A stretch of 64,000 nt of DNA from Eledone cirrhosa (lineage: Eukaryota), in NCBI GenBank assembly GCA_964016885.1, contig OZ024755.1:34472001-34536000 (forward strand), in the 5' to 3' direction. The translations under genes and the position numbers were made by a program. Position 1 is the stretch's first letter; each line of letters begins with the position of its first letter. Shown here piece by piece: positions 12,386 to 24,278 of this stretch. The notes under the pieces were generated by a model. That model saw only the letters and a program-made list of their open reading frames with translations, was not told where the DNA came from and did no database searches.

Positions 12386-12560
12386 TAATTGTGTCTACTT
12401 TTGGCACAAGACCAGCAATTACCCCAGTGTATTACTGGTGCTTCATTTTATCGACCCTGTAAGGATGAAAGGCTAAGTTAACCTTGGCATGATTTGAACT
12501 CAGAACGTAAAGGGACATAACTGTATGCTGCAAGGCATTGTGTCTGACGCTCTACCGATA
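12386..12560 (-). mobile_element. SINE family A
   Basis: Family A body on the minus strand. Confidence 0.85.
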
Positions 12561-12704
12561 ATGAATAATAATCATTTCTCTATTAGCCCCAATGTATACA
12601 AAACATGTCATACAAGACGTTGTCATAATATGTGGGAATGTATATTTATAATAAAAATCAGTGAAGCAAATACGTAATTTAGGATTTACATTATTCTATA
12701 TATC

Positions 12705-13155
12705 TTCTTGTGACACTAAACTCTGCCAGTTGCAGACTGTACATCAACATGTGATATCTATTTCCACAAAGTTCGATCACTATCAGCAAAGCTCAAAGAG
12801 CAAAGATCAAGTCCAGTCCATAAGTTGACATTGTCAAGACATCGTTTTGGCTGCTGACCTCTGCTTCTCTTACCAGCCAACCTTCCTTCCAGGCATAACC
12901 TACTCACACCATGAGTTGATCTTTTTATATGGCCGTATAGTTTGAGTACTCTTGACTTGACAATTGATGTAATTGGTCTAAGTTTGGTAATGTTGAGCAG
13001 CTCACTGAGCCGCTTGTCAGTCATAAGTCTCATGGTGTGGTTCTGGAATGTAGAGAGCTTCTGAAGTGGCCTTGTCATCCAATTAACAAAGTCAAGACCA
13101 TATAACACAACTGGTAGGATGTAAGTATAAAAGATCTTAGCCTTCAAATGATAGG
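12705..13155 (-). mobile_element. RTE-clade LINE 3' fragment
   Basis: ILPVVLYG...LKLYGHIKR...LEGRLAGKRSRG..PKR.LD; a near-identical copy lies at 55203-55541. Confidence 0.85.
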
Positions 13156-14322
13156 AAATTCATATATATATATATATTGTTGTATTTTCATGGTAAAGGC
13201 TGTATCTCACATAACATCGATCATTTCTTTTTGTTTTGAATTGTTTCATGTTTGAAATATTGTGAAATATCATGTTGAAATATCATTACTTTGTTCTGTT
13301 TAATTTGTCAACTTTTGCCCTTTATATATTGTTAAGTAAGACACGTAATAGAAAGCTTTAATAAACGATTTTATTAATGGTAAACTACACAACTTGTTCC
13401 ATGTACTCCCTCCGTCGGCTTACTGGTGACACCCCTTTTATTGATGGCTGTCTTTGTCGTTCTTCCTCCCCTTGTGATCTCCCATTGACTGCCCGAGACT
13501 TACCCCCCGAAAGTTCATTTAATATGAAGCACAATGGCTATGACTAGCAGACCAAGATGCTAATTAGCAACTATCACATATATTTCTACTGCATTGTATC
13601 AGCTTTTTGAAATTTATCAGTCTTTTAAAAAATAAATAAAATGAATATTAGGATACAGACCCAATAGTTACACAGATAAACAGGTTCTAACTTGATCTGG
13701 CTCAGAGCTGTACAAGTGGTAACTTACTGGTCACTGAGACTGACTCAAAATATTGACACCTATGACCCTTTATTTTATCAAGGCCTACAAGATTGGTGGG
13801 AAGAAAAGTGGGAGTTTTCCTCAAATCAGAAGTCTGAACCCAAATACTTGCAACAGACTGGAGTCTGCTAAAAGTACCCAAGGATAAGCTGGAGCTATTA
13901 AACTGGGTGATGGATTAAACCTACTAGCCACAAATATTGCTAACCACAGCAATATCTTAATTATTTTTATTTTTATGAAAATATTTATTCTCAATACATG
14001 TGTTTCACTGACAAATTTGGCTTAAAACCATTGATAATTACATAATTACATAAAAAAGAAAGATAAAAACAAAATTAAGTAATGAGAAAAAGGAGAAGGG
14101 GTAAAGAAGGGCAGATCTGGCTGTATGGGAAAGTAGAGGAAAGGACTATAAATGCCATAAATGAGAGGAAAAGGAGAGAAAAAGCAACGACTCTTGGGCC
14201 ACAGAAGAAAGGGAGAGGGAAGGGGAGGGCCTAGGGCGGGGTGGTGTTTGAACTGCTGAACTCAGAACTCAAAGATTAAAAATACAACAATTTTATCAAT
14301 CTGCATTGGTCCTTTATCTTAC

Positions 14323-14509
14323 TGAGCCTGGAAGTATGAAAGGGGAAGTTGTATTTGCACTTGGAGTGTATACATGATAAGTATGAAGAAGTGGAGAAGG
14401 ATAGTTTCTGTGGAAATTTCCAGGGTGCATGTACTGTGAAGTCTGAAGCAGAGCGGATAGCAGATCTATAATGAAAGCTTTGTCCATAAGAATGCAGCTT
14501 ACAGAGCAT
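14323..14509 (-). CDS. Candidate internal exon of an unidentified host gene (187 bp)
   Basis: Pyrimidine tract and AG acceptor (TTTGTTTTACCCTCTACTCTTCGTTTAAG), GTAAGA donor, non-repetitive; two frames open (e.g. CSVSCILMDKAFIIDLLSALLQTSQYMHPG...); no homology recognised. Confidence 0.3.
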
Positions 14510-14554
14510 CTTAAACGAAGAGTAGAGGGTAAAACAAAGTGGATACTGCTGCTG

Positions 14555-14638
14555 CTACTGATGATGATGATGATGATGACGATGATAGTGTTGACAATTA
14601 TAATACTGACAACAATGGTGATGATTATAATGGAGATT

Positions 14639-14676
<38 letters not shown>

Positions 14677-14822
14677 AATGATGATGATGAAGAAAATGAT
14701 AAGAAAAATAACGATAAAGATAATAACGATAAAGATAACAATAATAATAATAATAATAATCATCATAATAATAATAATAATGATGATGATGAAGATAATA
14801 AAGATGATGATGATAACAATGA
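14555..14822. repeat. (GAT/AAT)n trinucleotide array
   Basis: Direct reading. Confidence 0.95.
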
Positions 14823-15190
14823 AGAAATATCGTTGCGTAGATTGTCAATAGTTATTCAAACCCAATATCTGTGGCGGAAACGAGATTTGTGAAGCAACAT
14901 CAGATAAAGAAAGACTTTGTAAGAAGTAAATAAAATCTTTTCAGTGGGGGATAATCCAGCTTGATGGCTTCTTCCAGTTTCACCAATGATGGGATGTAAT
15001 TTTAATGAGATTATGCTTAAGACATAGTTCTTTGATTTTCCTGGTCAGGGTAAACCTTCATTACTGGCCAATGTGGATTAATATGTGATTTTATATAAAT
15101 GCATGGATTGTGGTTTTCATGTACTTGATTTGGTAGGCAACTGATTCTTATGTTAGAGCAGGATGTTAGAAATGATAAAGTATTTGGAGG

Positions 15191-15881
15191 TATATATATA
15201 TATAAAACTGTAGTTGTCTGTGTGTCCTCATTTTTGCGAAGTCTAAACAAATCCACATTTCTACTCCGATTGACTTCAAACTTGCATTTATATATTCCTT
15301 GCGGTCTAAAGATATTAACTGCAGCTTTTAGTTTTCAATTTTCTGTTGTTAAAGGGATGTTAGGCACCGGTTAGTGATCTCCGTCGAGCCCTTATAATAT
15401 CTGTCTGTATGTCTGTCTGCATTACGACATTCTGATGAACATGTCATTTCTGATGTATTATCTTCACTACATTCACACACACACACACATGTATATATAT
15501 ATATATATATATACATACATATATACTTATATATACATATATATATATACACATATATACATATACACATACACATATATACATATACACACACATATAT
15601 ACACATATACATATCTGCTATGACACTGGAACTGTCTGCAACTTAACCTGTGACTTTCTCTTTCACATTTACTCCAAAAGACCAAAACAGAGGAGTATGA
15701 AAAGAATATTTCTATGAACAATACACGTAGACAGCTAAACTGTACTTTCAACTTCTTAATTTTTTTCCAAATAAAACAAGTTTCCTGTCAGTATATTTTC
15801 TTGAGTTTTTAACAGGCACTTACAAATAAACGTTTCTCATTGGAGGTGCTATTACCCATGCAACGCCGGGATACACTGCTA

Positions 15882-15882
<1 letters not shown>
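15191..15882 (+). mobile_element. Non-autonomous Helitron-like element (interior may contain other sequence)
   Basis: 5' TATATATAAAACTG...GTCTGTGTGTCC...CCGATTGACTTCAAACTT; 3' hairpin CCCATGCAACGCCGGG then CTAG-T at 15879-15883. Confidence 0.6.
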
Positions 15883-15932
<50 letters not shown>

Positions 15933-15937
<5 letters not shown>

Positions 15938-16198
15938 TCCTTGAGCAAGACACTTTATTTCACATTGCTCGAGTTTACTCAGCTGTAGAAATGAGATGAT
16001 AGGGACTGGGGTCCCTATCATTCCACTGCAAAGTGGTCGTGGAGGTGCCACGCCAAAAAAAGCACCCAGCATTCACTGTAAATGAGGTTGGTGTTAGGAA
16101 GGGCATCCAGCTGTAGAAATCAAGCCAGAATCAGTTCCCGTCCCACCCTTGCAAGCAGGGAAAAGCGGACGTAAAATGAAATGATGATGAAATGATGA
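15933..16198 (+). mobile_element. SINE family B lacking its tRNA head
   Basis: Matches ~3665-3919. Confidence 0.9.
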
Positions 16199-16380
16199 TA
16201 AGTTTAGGAATAACCAAAGAGTGCTTAGAAATACATTATTTTATTAGCTAATAGTGTTTCATCCGGCTCTGTAGTATACTAGTTATCCTACATTGAGCTA
16301 AAACCACACTGTCATACCAAGGACAATATATCTGTGTGTCTGTGTACATTAGTATAATTGTCAACGGAACTATATATTAA

Positions 16381-16707
16381 TTCATTTCATTTTACGTCCA
16401 CTTTTCCTTGCTTGCAAGGGTGGGACGGCTACTGATTCTGGCTTGATTTCTACAGCTGGATGCCCTTCCTAACACCAACCTTATTTACAGTGAGTGCTGG
16501 GTGCTTTTTTGCCATGGCACCCCCACAGCCACTTTGCAGTGGAATGATAGGGACCCCAGTCCTATCATCTCATTTCTACAGCTGAGTAAACAGGAGCAAT
16601 GTGAAAATAAAGTGTGTTGCTCAAAGAAACAACATATCACCTGGTCTGAGAATTGAACTCACAACCTTTGCAAGGCCAATGCTCTAACCACTAAGCCATG
16701 TGCCTCC
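16381..16707 (-). mobile_element. SINE family B
   Basis: Reverse complement of 3584-3919. Confidence 0.9.
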
Positions 16708-16709
16708 AT

Positions 16710-16741
<32 letters not shown>

Positions 16742-16748
<7 letters not shown>

Positions 16749-17158
16749 CAAGAAAACGAAAAATCAGTGATGCATCTAGACTTAGTTTATTTCGTGTTAC
16801 AAATGTTTCGCCGGCATGTAGCTCGAGTCATGGTCCTTGTATGGATCTGGCCGATTCTACTTCTGCAGGTTCTTTCAGACACGTCTGTTATGTCCGGAAC
16901 AAATTTTATCACTGTGATAAAATTTGCTCCGGACATAACAGACGTGTCTGAAAGAACCCGCACAAGTAGAATCAGCCAGATCCATACAAGGACCATGACT
17001 CGAACTACATGCCGGCGAAACATTTGTAACACGAAATAAACTAAGTCCAGATGCATCACTGATTTTTCGTTTTCTTGATAATATCTACACTCTACTCTGA
17101 TGAATATCGAGTGCTAATTTTGGCATACTGCCTACGGAAGCACCATAGCTACCACTAT

Positions 17159-17159
<1 letters not shown>
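16742..17159. mobile_element. Fold-back insertion in (TA)n: 171-bp inverted arms (16742-17084, centre 16913) plus right-hand extension; probable PLE inverted pLTR
   Basis: Arms are reverse complements with few mismatches; (TA)n on both flanks; hammerhead-like motif in each arm. Confidence 0.8.
16943..17033 (+). ncRNA. Hammerhead-like motif with extended stem II (mirror copy on the minus strand, 16793-16883)
   Basis: Stem I CGTGT/ACACG; core variant CTGAAAGA; ~60-nt stem II region (GCA..GTAG / CTAC.TGC pairing); GAAA-CATTTG-TA. Confidence 0.5.
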
Positions 17160-17188
<29 letters not shown>

Positions 17189-17193
<5 letters not shown>

Positions 17194-17409
17194 AACGAGT
17201 AGGACCCCGACAGCTGAGCTCAAGCCGTTTTGACGGCTAATTCTGGACTAAAAATTCTGGACTAAAATATTTTAGTCCAGAATTAGCCGTCGAAACGGCT
17301 TGAGCTCAGCCGTCGGGGTCCTACTCGTTCCTATTACCCACTCTACTACCCTAAGTATTGAGTACTTTGGTGCGTTATGGTCCACCTGGTTCCTTACCAC
17401 ATTTCATCC

Positions 17410-17414
<5 letters not shown>
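17189..17414. mobile_element. Second fold-back insertion in (TA)n (palindrome 17189-17334 plus right extension)
   Basis: ATAGGAACGAGTAGGACCCCGAC...GTCGGGGTCCTACTCGTTCCTAT; centre ACTAAAAT|ATTTTAGT; short duplication in the left arm. Confidence 0.75.
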
Positions 17415-17440
<26 letters not shown>

Positions 17441-17445
<5 letters not shown>

Positions 17446-18202
17446 ACATAGAAATTAGAATAATATCTAAACATAGAAATGACCCAGCAGATAGGCAAAT
17501 CAGAGAAGCCAGTGAAATAGAACTTAGAAGGCAAAGGCTAAACCGAAAAAATGAATGGAATAACAACAACACTGACCTAAGAGAAGTATAAATAAATAAA
17601 TAAATAGATAAATAAATAAATAAATAAATAGATAAATAAATAAATAAATAAATACATACACGAGCACAATAACAACAAACACATATAAACACACACTAGG
17701 AAACATAGAATACATTAACCAATACACAGTTACCCAATCACGAACACACATCAAACAAAACACTATACACACACGCAAACGCATGCGCAAAGAAGACAAA
17801 ATAAAATAAACAAACAAATAAATAAATAAATAAATATATAAACAGACTAAATAAAGATGGCGTAGAAATACAATGCAACGGGAGGAATCTATAGCACCAC
17901 TGACGATGTTGCAGATGTGCAACGAAAGAACTTTGTTAAACTATATATATATGTGTTTGTGTCTATATTGTATCTGTACTATTTTTGACCATTGGTCAGT
18001 CAATGGCAACATTGGGGACCAAATAAATTAGATTGCCGATATAAAAGACACAGAAGCAAAAAGCGAAAACCAACCAAACAGTGAGTGTGTCCTGTTATTA
18101 ATTCTGGCAATATTACACAAATATGACCCTCCCCAAGTATAACAATATTTGTTTCGACACACAATTTCATATAAAAAACCTCGCAAAACTAATTCATCGC
18201 TG

Positions 18203-18203
<1 letters not shown>
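17441..18203 (+). mobile_element. Penelope-like element 3' end (GIY-YIG C-terminus plus pLTR)
   Basis: ...DRQIREASEIELRRQRLNRKNEW... fits the R.I.E...I......LN end of PLE GIY-YIG domains; hammerhead downstream; (TA)n on both flanks. Confidence 0.7.
17896..17937 (+). ncRNA. Minimal type I hammerhead ribozyme (slightly decayed)
   Basis: CTGACGA at 17900; stem II GTTGCA-GATG-TGCAAC; GAAA-GAAC-TT; stem I ACCA/TGTT with one mismatch. Confidence 0.7.
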
Positions 18204-18250
<47 letters not shown>

Positions 18251-19179
18251 CTTCTACAGGACTATATATAAAACAAAAATAAAATATTGAAGAGCAATGG
18301 AAAGCAGATTAAGCACAAGAAAACTAAAAAGGGTTGTGTTGGTTTTTTTGCTTTTAAGTAATCTTATGTGTTTTGTATGCAGTGGTGTTTACTTTTGTGA
18401 ATCCATCATTAGTTTATGGTAGCCAAGTATTTTCATTGTAATGGGTATGAATTTTATTTATAATGATGTAGTTGTAGTTAGATGTAATTTTATTGACTTC
18501 CTGCAAATAAAATTGTAATTGTGATAGCTTGTGAAACATAGTAGGTGGTTGAGTAGTGCATTTTATGTTATTTTGACTAAGAATTTTATAATATTCATGT
18601 TGTTTCCTTTTAAATTTTACACTATATATTGCTCCTAAACATACATATGAAATTCTTTACCAAAATAACATAAACCTTTCCTAATCAACCACCTACAACT
18701 TTTCACAAACTGCAACAATGTTCAACAGATTCACCAAACTACACCTAAGTGCAACTGTATTAACAGAAATTTATCTCCATTAGAAAAAAAATGCAAAGTA
18801 AAGTAACTGATATATTGTGAAGCAGTTAATACCTCCACAACCTCCATAATCCCCTTTCTCTTGTGTATATAGGATTTACAGGTAATTTTTTTAATGTAAT
18901 TTTACTCATCATAATAAAAAACAGCTATAAGTTTATACATATAAATATGTTTTTTTTAAATAAGAATCTTTGTCAATTTTGTACTTCTGAATCTTATGAA
19001 ATCCTATTATACAGACAAACTGTCCAAATAAAAATCCTGAACTGATATCTTTCTATAAGCACTGGGTATAGAGACCACTGAAACATTATAAAGCAAGTAA
19101 TTTTATTAATAGATATATCTTCTCTCACACATCATTATAACCATTATCTGTATTATCATCAAACCAAATTGGGTTTTAC

Positions 19180-20843
19180 GAGGAAATGAAACGTGGTAAG
19201 GCTGCTGGACCGTCTGGATAGTTGCTGAGATGCTGAAGGCATCAGGAAAAGTAGGAACAAAACTGGTTGCATGCATAGTCAATCAAGCTATATATAGCGG
19301 TGTCATGCCCAAAGACTGGTGCAGCAGTATTCTCATAAATTGCTACAAAGGTAAAAGGGATACTCTGGAGAGGAGCAATTATAGGGGCATAAAACTGATA
19401 GATCAAGTTATGAAAGTGACATTAAGAATGCTAGCACAACTAATTAGGGAAAGGGTCAAATTAGATGAGATGCAGTTTGGTTTTGTGCCTGGAAAAAGTA
19501 CAACAGATGCCCTCTACTTAGTGAGACAACTACAAGAGATGTTCTTAGAGAAGAATAAGCCACTATACTTAGCTTTTGTTGACATAGAGAAGGCCTTTGA
19601 TAGGGTACCCCGATCTGTCATCTGGTGGTCCCTAATGAAATTAGGTGTAGAGGAATGGCTTGTGAGGACAGTGCAACCAATGTATAGAGGTGCTGTCAGT
19701 AAAGTGAGAGTAGGAATGGAGTTTAGTGAGGAATTCCAGATAGGAGTGCATCAGGGTTCAGTCCTCAGCCCACTCTAGTTCATTATAATTCTCGAAGCCA
19801 TAACAGAGGAGTTTATGACTGGCTGTACATGGGAACTTCTCTATGCCGACGATCTGGTATTTATAGCAGAATCAGTAGAGGAGCTAGAGAATAAACTCTG
19901 GCTATGGAAACAGCAGTTGGAATCAAGAGGACTGAGAGTGAACCTAGCTAAGACAAAAGTGTTGATAAGTAGAAAAGAGGACAAAACTCTGATTCCACCA
20001 GGGAAATGGCTATGTGTATGTAGAAAAGGAGTTGGCATAAATTCTATAGAATGTACACAATGCAGATCTTGGGTACACAAGAGATGTAGTGGGATAGCAG
20101 GCAAACTAACAGGTAGGGAGAAATATGTATGCAGTAGATGTACAGGGAAATTTGATAGTAGAAGTGGCAGTGATAGACACATTTTTCAAATGCAGGTAGG
20201 ATCTATAGAGGTGGTTGATAGCTTCCAATACCTAGGTGATCAGATTAACAAGGGAGGAGGGAGCTCCGAGGCCATAGTATCTAGAATAAGGACGGGTTGG
20301 AAGGAGTTTAGGGAGCTGCTTCCTCTGTTGACAAAGAAGAGTTTCTCCCTATGAACAAAAGGCTGGTGATATGATGCCTGTGTGAGATGCACGATACTGC
20401 ATGGTAGTGAGACATGGGCAGCAACTGCGGAGGATATGCGACAGCTGGAGAGAAATGAAGCAAGCATGCTCCGATGGATATGCAATGTCAATGTGCGTAA
20501 ACAACTAAGCATAGTCAAGTTGAGAGAGAAACTGTGTATAAGAGGGATAAACTGTAGTGAGCAGGAGAGCAGACTGCGTTGGTATGGGCATGTGAATCAC
20601 ATGGAGGATGCCCGCTGGGCAAAGAAGTGCCAAGAAATCCCAGAAGAAGGAAGACGCAATAGAGGAAGACCATGAAAATTGTGGGCGGAGGTGTTGAGAA
20701 CAGACCTCAGATCGCTGAAGTTCACAGAGGAAATGACGAAGGAACATGACGAATGCAGAGATGCTGTGCTGAAAAGGCCCATCCCACCCTTGCAAGCAGG
20801 GAAAAGCAGACGTAAGATGATGATGATGATGATGATGATGATG
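19180..20843 (+). mobile_element. 5'-truncated RTE-clade LINE: reverse transcriptase pseudogene with internal PHD-like finger and (TGA)n tail
   Basis: GKAAGPSG, NYRGIKL, QFGFVPGKSTTDA, LAFVDIEKAFDRV, GVHQGSVLSPL, LLYADD, FQYLGD, HGSETW, RLRWYGHV, GRP; in-frame stops. Confidence 0.96.
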
Positions 20844-21089
20844 AGTATTTAATTGTAATTAAATGTATTTTTACATACTATGGAACAAATCTGTATCTAT
20901 ATTCAATGGTGGATGGCTTATATATGTGTATATATGTATTTTATATATAATTTTGTTTGTTTGTATCTGTACATCCATTTTTAATATGTGGGCTTATGTT
21001 CACAAAGGAATTGTTTTGAAATATTTCATCCAATTCTGAGAGTATGCATGTGTTTAATTATAATATACATGTAAGCTTATGCAATTGTA

Positions 21090-21390
21090 TATCATCATCA
21101 TTGTTTAACATCCACTTTCCATGCTAGCATGGGTTACACGGATTGTCCCATTTGAGGCAAGTTGGATCAGGTGATGGTGTCTTACTCATACAGAACTGTT
21201 TCTGACTAGATTTCTACAGCTGGATGCCATTCCTAACATCAACCATGTTTACACTGTGTGCTGGGTGCTTTTTGTTGTGACGCCTACATGACCGAGAGTG
21301 GGCTGAGTGCTTTTGTCAAGACACCTACACAACCACATTACAATGTGGGCTGAGTGCTTTTTGTAGTGACTGCTACACGACCACTTTATA
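21090..21390 (-). mobile_element. RTE 3'-UTR/tail fragment
   Basis: CATCATCAT...CCATGCTAGCATGGGTT...TTTCTACAGCTGGATGCC.TTCCTAAC, as in the UTR at ~32410-33013. Confidence 0.75.
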
Positions 21391-21654
21391 AAGGGTTTAT
21401 GTATGCACATATATAATGGATAATGGCAAAAGGTTGCTGGGAAATATTTTATTGAAATATGTATAATGATTTGTTTTGTCCACTTCATGCCTATTGGAAA
21501 ATGCAATTCCTAGAAGATATCTCTACTTAATTCTGTCCTCATTTATTCTGAAGCCTAAAATGTCAGTTCTCTACATTTCAGCTCTTTATCTATGGTTCAA
21601 ACCATATTGTTTTTCATCTAGACAATGTTCTCTTTCCTTGTGTCACTCAGTGAA

Positions 21655-23415
21655 AAGCTGTTTCAGTAGCAATATGGAGATCAAAGGACACACATCATGG
21701 CCAGAAGAGCTGTTTCAATAGCGATATGGAGATCAAATCACACACATCATGCCCAGAAGAGCTGTTTCAGTAGCAATATGGAGATAAAATCACACACATC
21801 ATGGCCAGAAGAGCTGTTTCAATAGCGATATGGAGATCAAATCACACACATCATGCCCAGAAGAGCTGTTTCAGTAACAATATGGAGATCAAATCACACA
21901 CATCATGCCCAGAAGAGCTGTTTCAGTAGTGATATGGAGATCAAATCACACACATCATGCCCAGAAGAGCTGTTTCAATAGCGATATGGAGATCAAATCA
22001 CACACATCATGCCCAGAAGAGCTGTTTCAGTAGCAATATGGAGATCAAATCACACACATCATGCCCAGAAGAGCTGTTTCAGTAGTGATATGGAGATCAA
22101 ATCACACACATCATGCCCAGAAGAGCTGTTTCAGTAGCAATATGGAGATCAAATCACACACATCATAGCCAGAAGAGCTGTTTCAGTAGTGATATGGAGA
22201 TCAAATCACACACATCATGCCCAGAAGAGCTGTTTCAGTAGTGATATGGAGATCAAATCACACACATCATGCCCAGAAGAGCTGTTTCAGTAGCAATATG
22301 GAGATAAAATCACACACGTCATGGCCAGAAGAGCTGTTTCAGTAGCAATATGGAGATCAAATCACACACATCATGGCCAGAAGAGCTGTTTCAATAGCGA
22401 TATGGAGATCAAATCACACACATCATGCCCAGAAGAGCTGTTTCAGTAGCAATATGGAGATCAAATCACACACATCATGCCCAGAAGAGCTGTTTCAGTA
22501 GTGATATGGAGATCAAATCACACACATCATGCCCAGAAGAGCTGTTTCAGTAGCAATATGGAGATCAAATCACACACATCATGCCCAGAAGAGCTGTTTC
22601 AATAGCGATATGGAGATCAAATCACACACATCATGCCCAGAAGACCTTTTCAGTAGCAATATGGAGATCAAATCACACACATCATGCCCAGAAGACCTTT
22701 TCAGTAGCGATATGGAGATCAAATCACACACATCATGCCCAGAAGAGCTGTTTCAGTAGCGATATGGAGATCAAATCACACACATCATGCCCAGAAGACC
22801 TTTTCAGTAGCGATATGGAGATCAAAGGACACACATCATGCCCAGCAGAGCTGTTTCAATAGCGATATGGAGATCAAATCACACACATCATGCCCAGAAG
22901 AGCTGTTTCAGTAGCAATATGGAGATCAAATCACACACATCATGCCCAGAAGAGCTGTTTCAGTAGCGATATGGAGATCAAATCACACACATCATGCCCA
23001 GAAGAGCTGTTTCAGTAGCAATATGGAGATCAAATCACACACATCATGCCCAGAAGAGCTGTTTCAGTAGCAATATGGAGATCAAATCACACACATCATG
23101 GCCAGAAGAGCTGTTTCAGTAGCGATATGGAGATCAAATCACACACATCATGCCCAGAAGAGCTGTTTCAATAGCGATATGGAGATCAAATCACACACAT
23201 CATACCCAGAAGAGCTGTTTCAGTAGCAATATGGAGATCAAATCACACACATCATGCCCAGAAGAGCTGTTTCAATAGCGATATGGAGATCAAATCACAC
23301 ACATCATGCCCAGAAGAGCTGTTTCAGTAGCGATATGGAGATCAAATCACACCCATCATGTCCAGAAGAGCTGTTTCAGTAGCGATATGGAGATCAAATC
23401 ACACACATCATGCCC
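21655..23415. repeat. 52-bp minisatellite (~34 copies)
   Basis: Unit GAAGAGCTGTTTCAGTAGCGATATGGAGATCAAATCACACACATCATGCCCA. Confidence 0.97.
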
Positions 23416-23429
23416 AAGTGGTGCCTATA

Positions 23430-23638
23430 TTAACCCTTTGGTATTTACATTACTCTATATTGTATTTTTGTGGTAAAGGGTTTACCTCACATAATATTGA
23501 ATCTACGAGATTTTCATGCTATTTATTTTAGGAACTATACCTTAACATCAGTATGAGTGGCCAGTTACAGCCGGTTTGAACAGAAGGAGGTAAGAGAATT
23601 CTGGGCGAATATGGCCAGTTTAAATGTTAAAGGGTTAA
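23430..23638. mobile_element. TTAA-flanked MITE
   Basis: TTAACCCTTT...AAAGGGTTAA; interior matches 12190-12385. Confidence 0.88.
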
Positions 23639-24095
23639 GTCATGCACAGTCACCATTCTTGTTCTGTAGTACAAGTCTCATTTGTGATTTTGTTTGACCC
23701 AAACATTTACAAAATTTGCTGTAGAAATTTGGTTTGAAATCTGTCCAGCTTCCATTTGGTAGATACATTTTTTTTTTCATCATTCCAAGATGTTTTGGAG
23801 CATCCTCATCATCCAGCTTTTGATTATGCAGGACACAATTAATCCCTAAGTAGGGAGTGGGTCTTGCCTCACAACGCTCCTTAGTGTCCCACTCCATGTG
23901 TTTCTGCCCACTAGTCTCACTTGAAAATCCTTAGTTTGTTTGAACACTGAAACCAGAAAATTTCCAACATGTCTGAGCATATAAAAGGCTTAATTTGGCT
24001 TAACTGATTCTGGCATTGGTTTCCAAGTTAGAGTTGAGATTTGTTGTTATTTTCTGCATAGATAGATGTTCTTCTACAGTATCTATTGTATGTGC

Positions 24096-24278
24096 GGTGG
24101 ATTGGCAGTATCGGTAGAGGGTCGGACACCATGCTTTCCAGCATAGTTACGTCCCTTTACGATCTGAGTTCAAATCCCGCCGAGGTTAACTTTGCCTTTC
24201 ATCCTTACGGGGTCGATAAAATAAAGTACCAGTAATGCACTGGGTAATTGCTGGCCTTGTGCCAAAAGTAGAAACAAT
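24096..24278 (+). mobile_element. SINE family A, young copy
   Basis: 16-bp TSD TATCTATTGTATGTGC at 24080-24095 and 24279-24294. Confidence 0.92.

Noticed and set aside
21655-23415. CRISPR-like appearance of regular arrays (also 38965-39565 and 51050-51766)
   Set aside because: No unique spacers, no cas genes, and a eukaryotic context; these are tandem repeats.
23640-23897. 85-aa ORF in unique sequence (similarly 26123, 49378, 50094)
   Set aside because: No recognisable motif or convincing splice signals.
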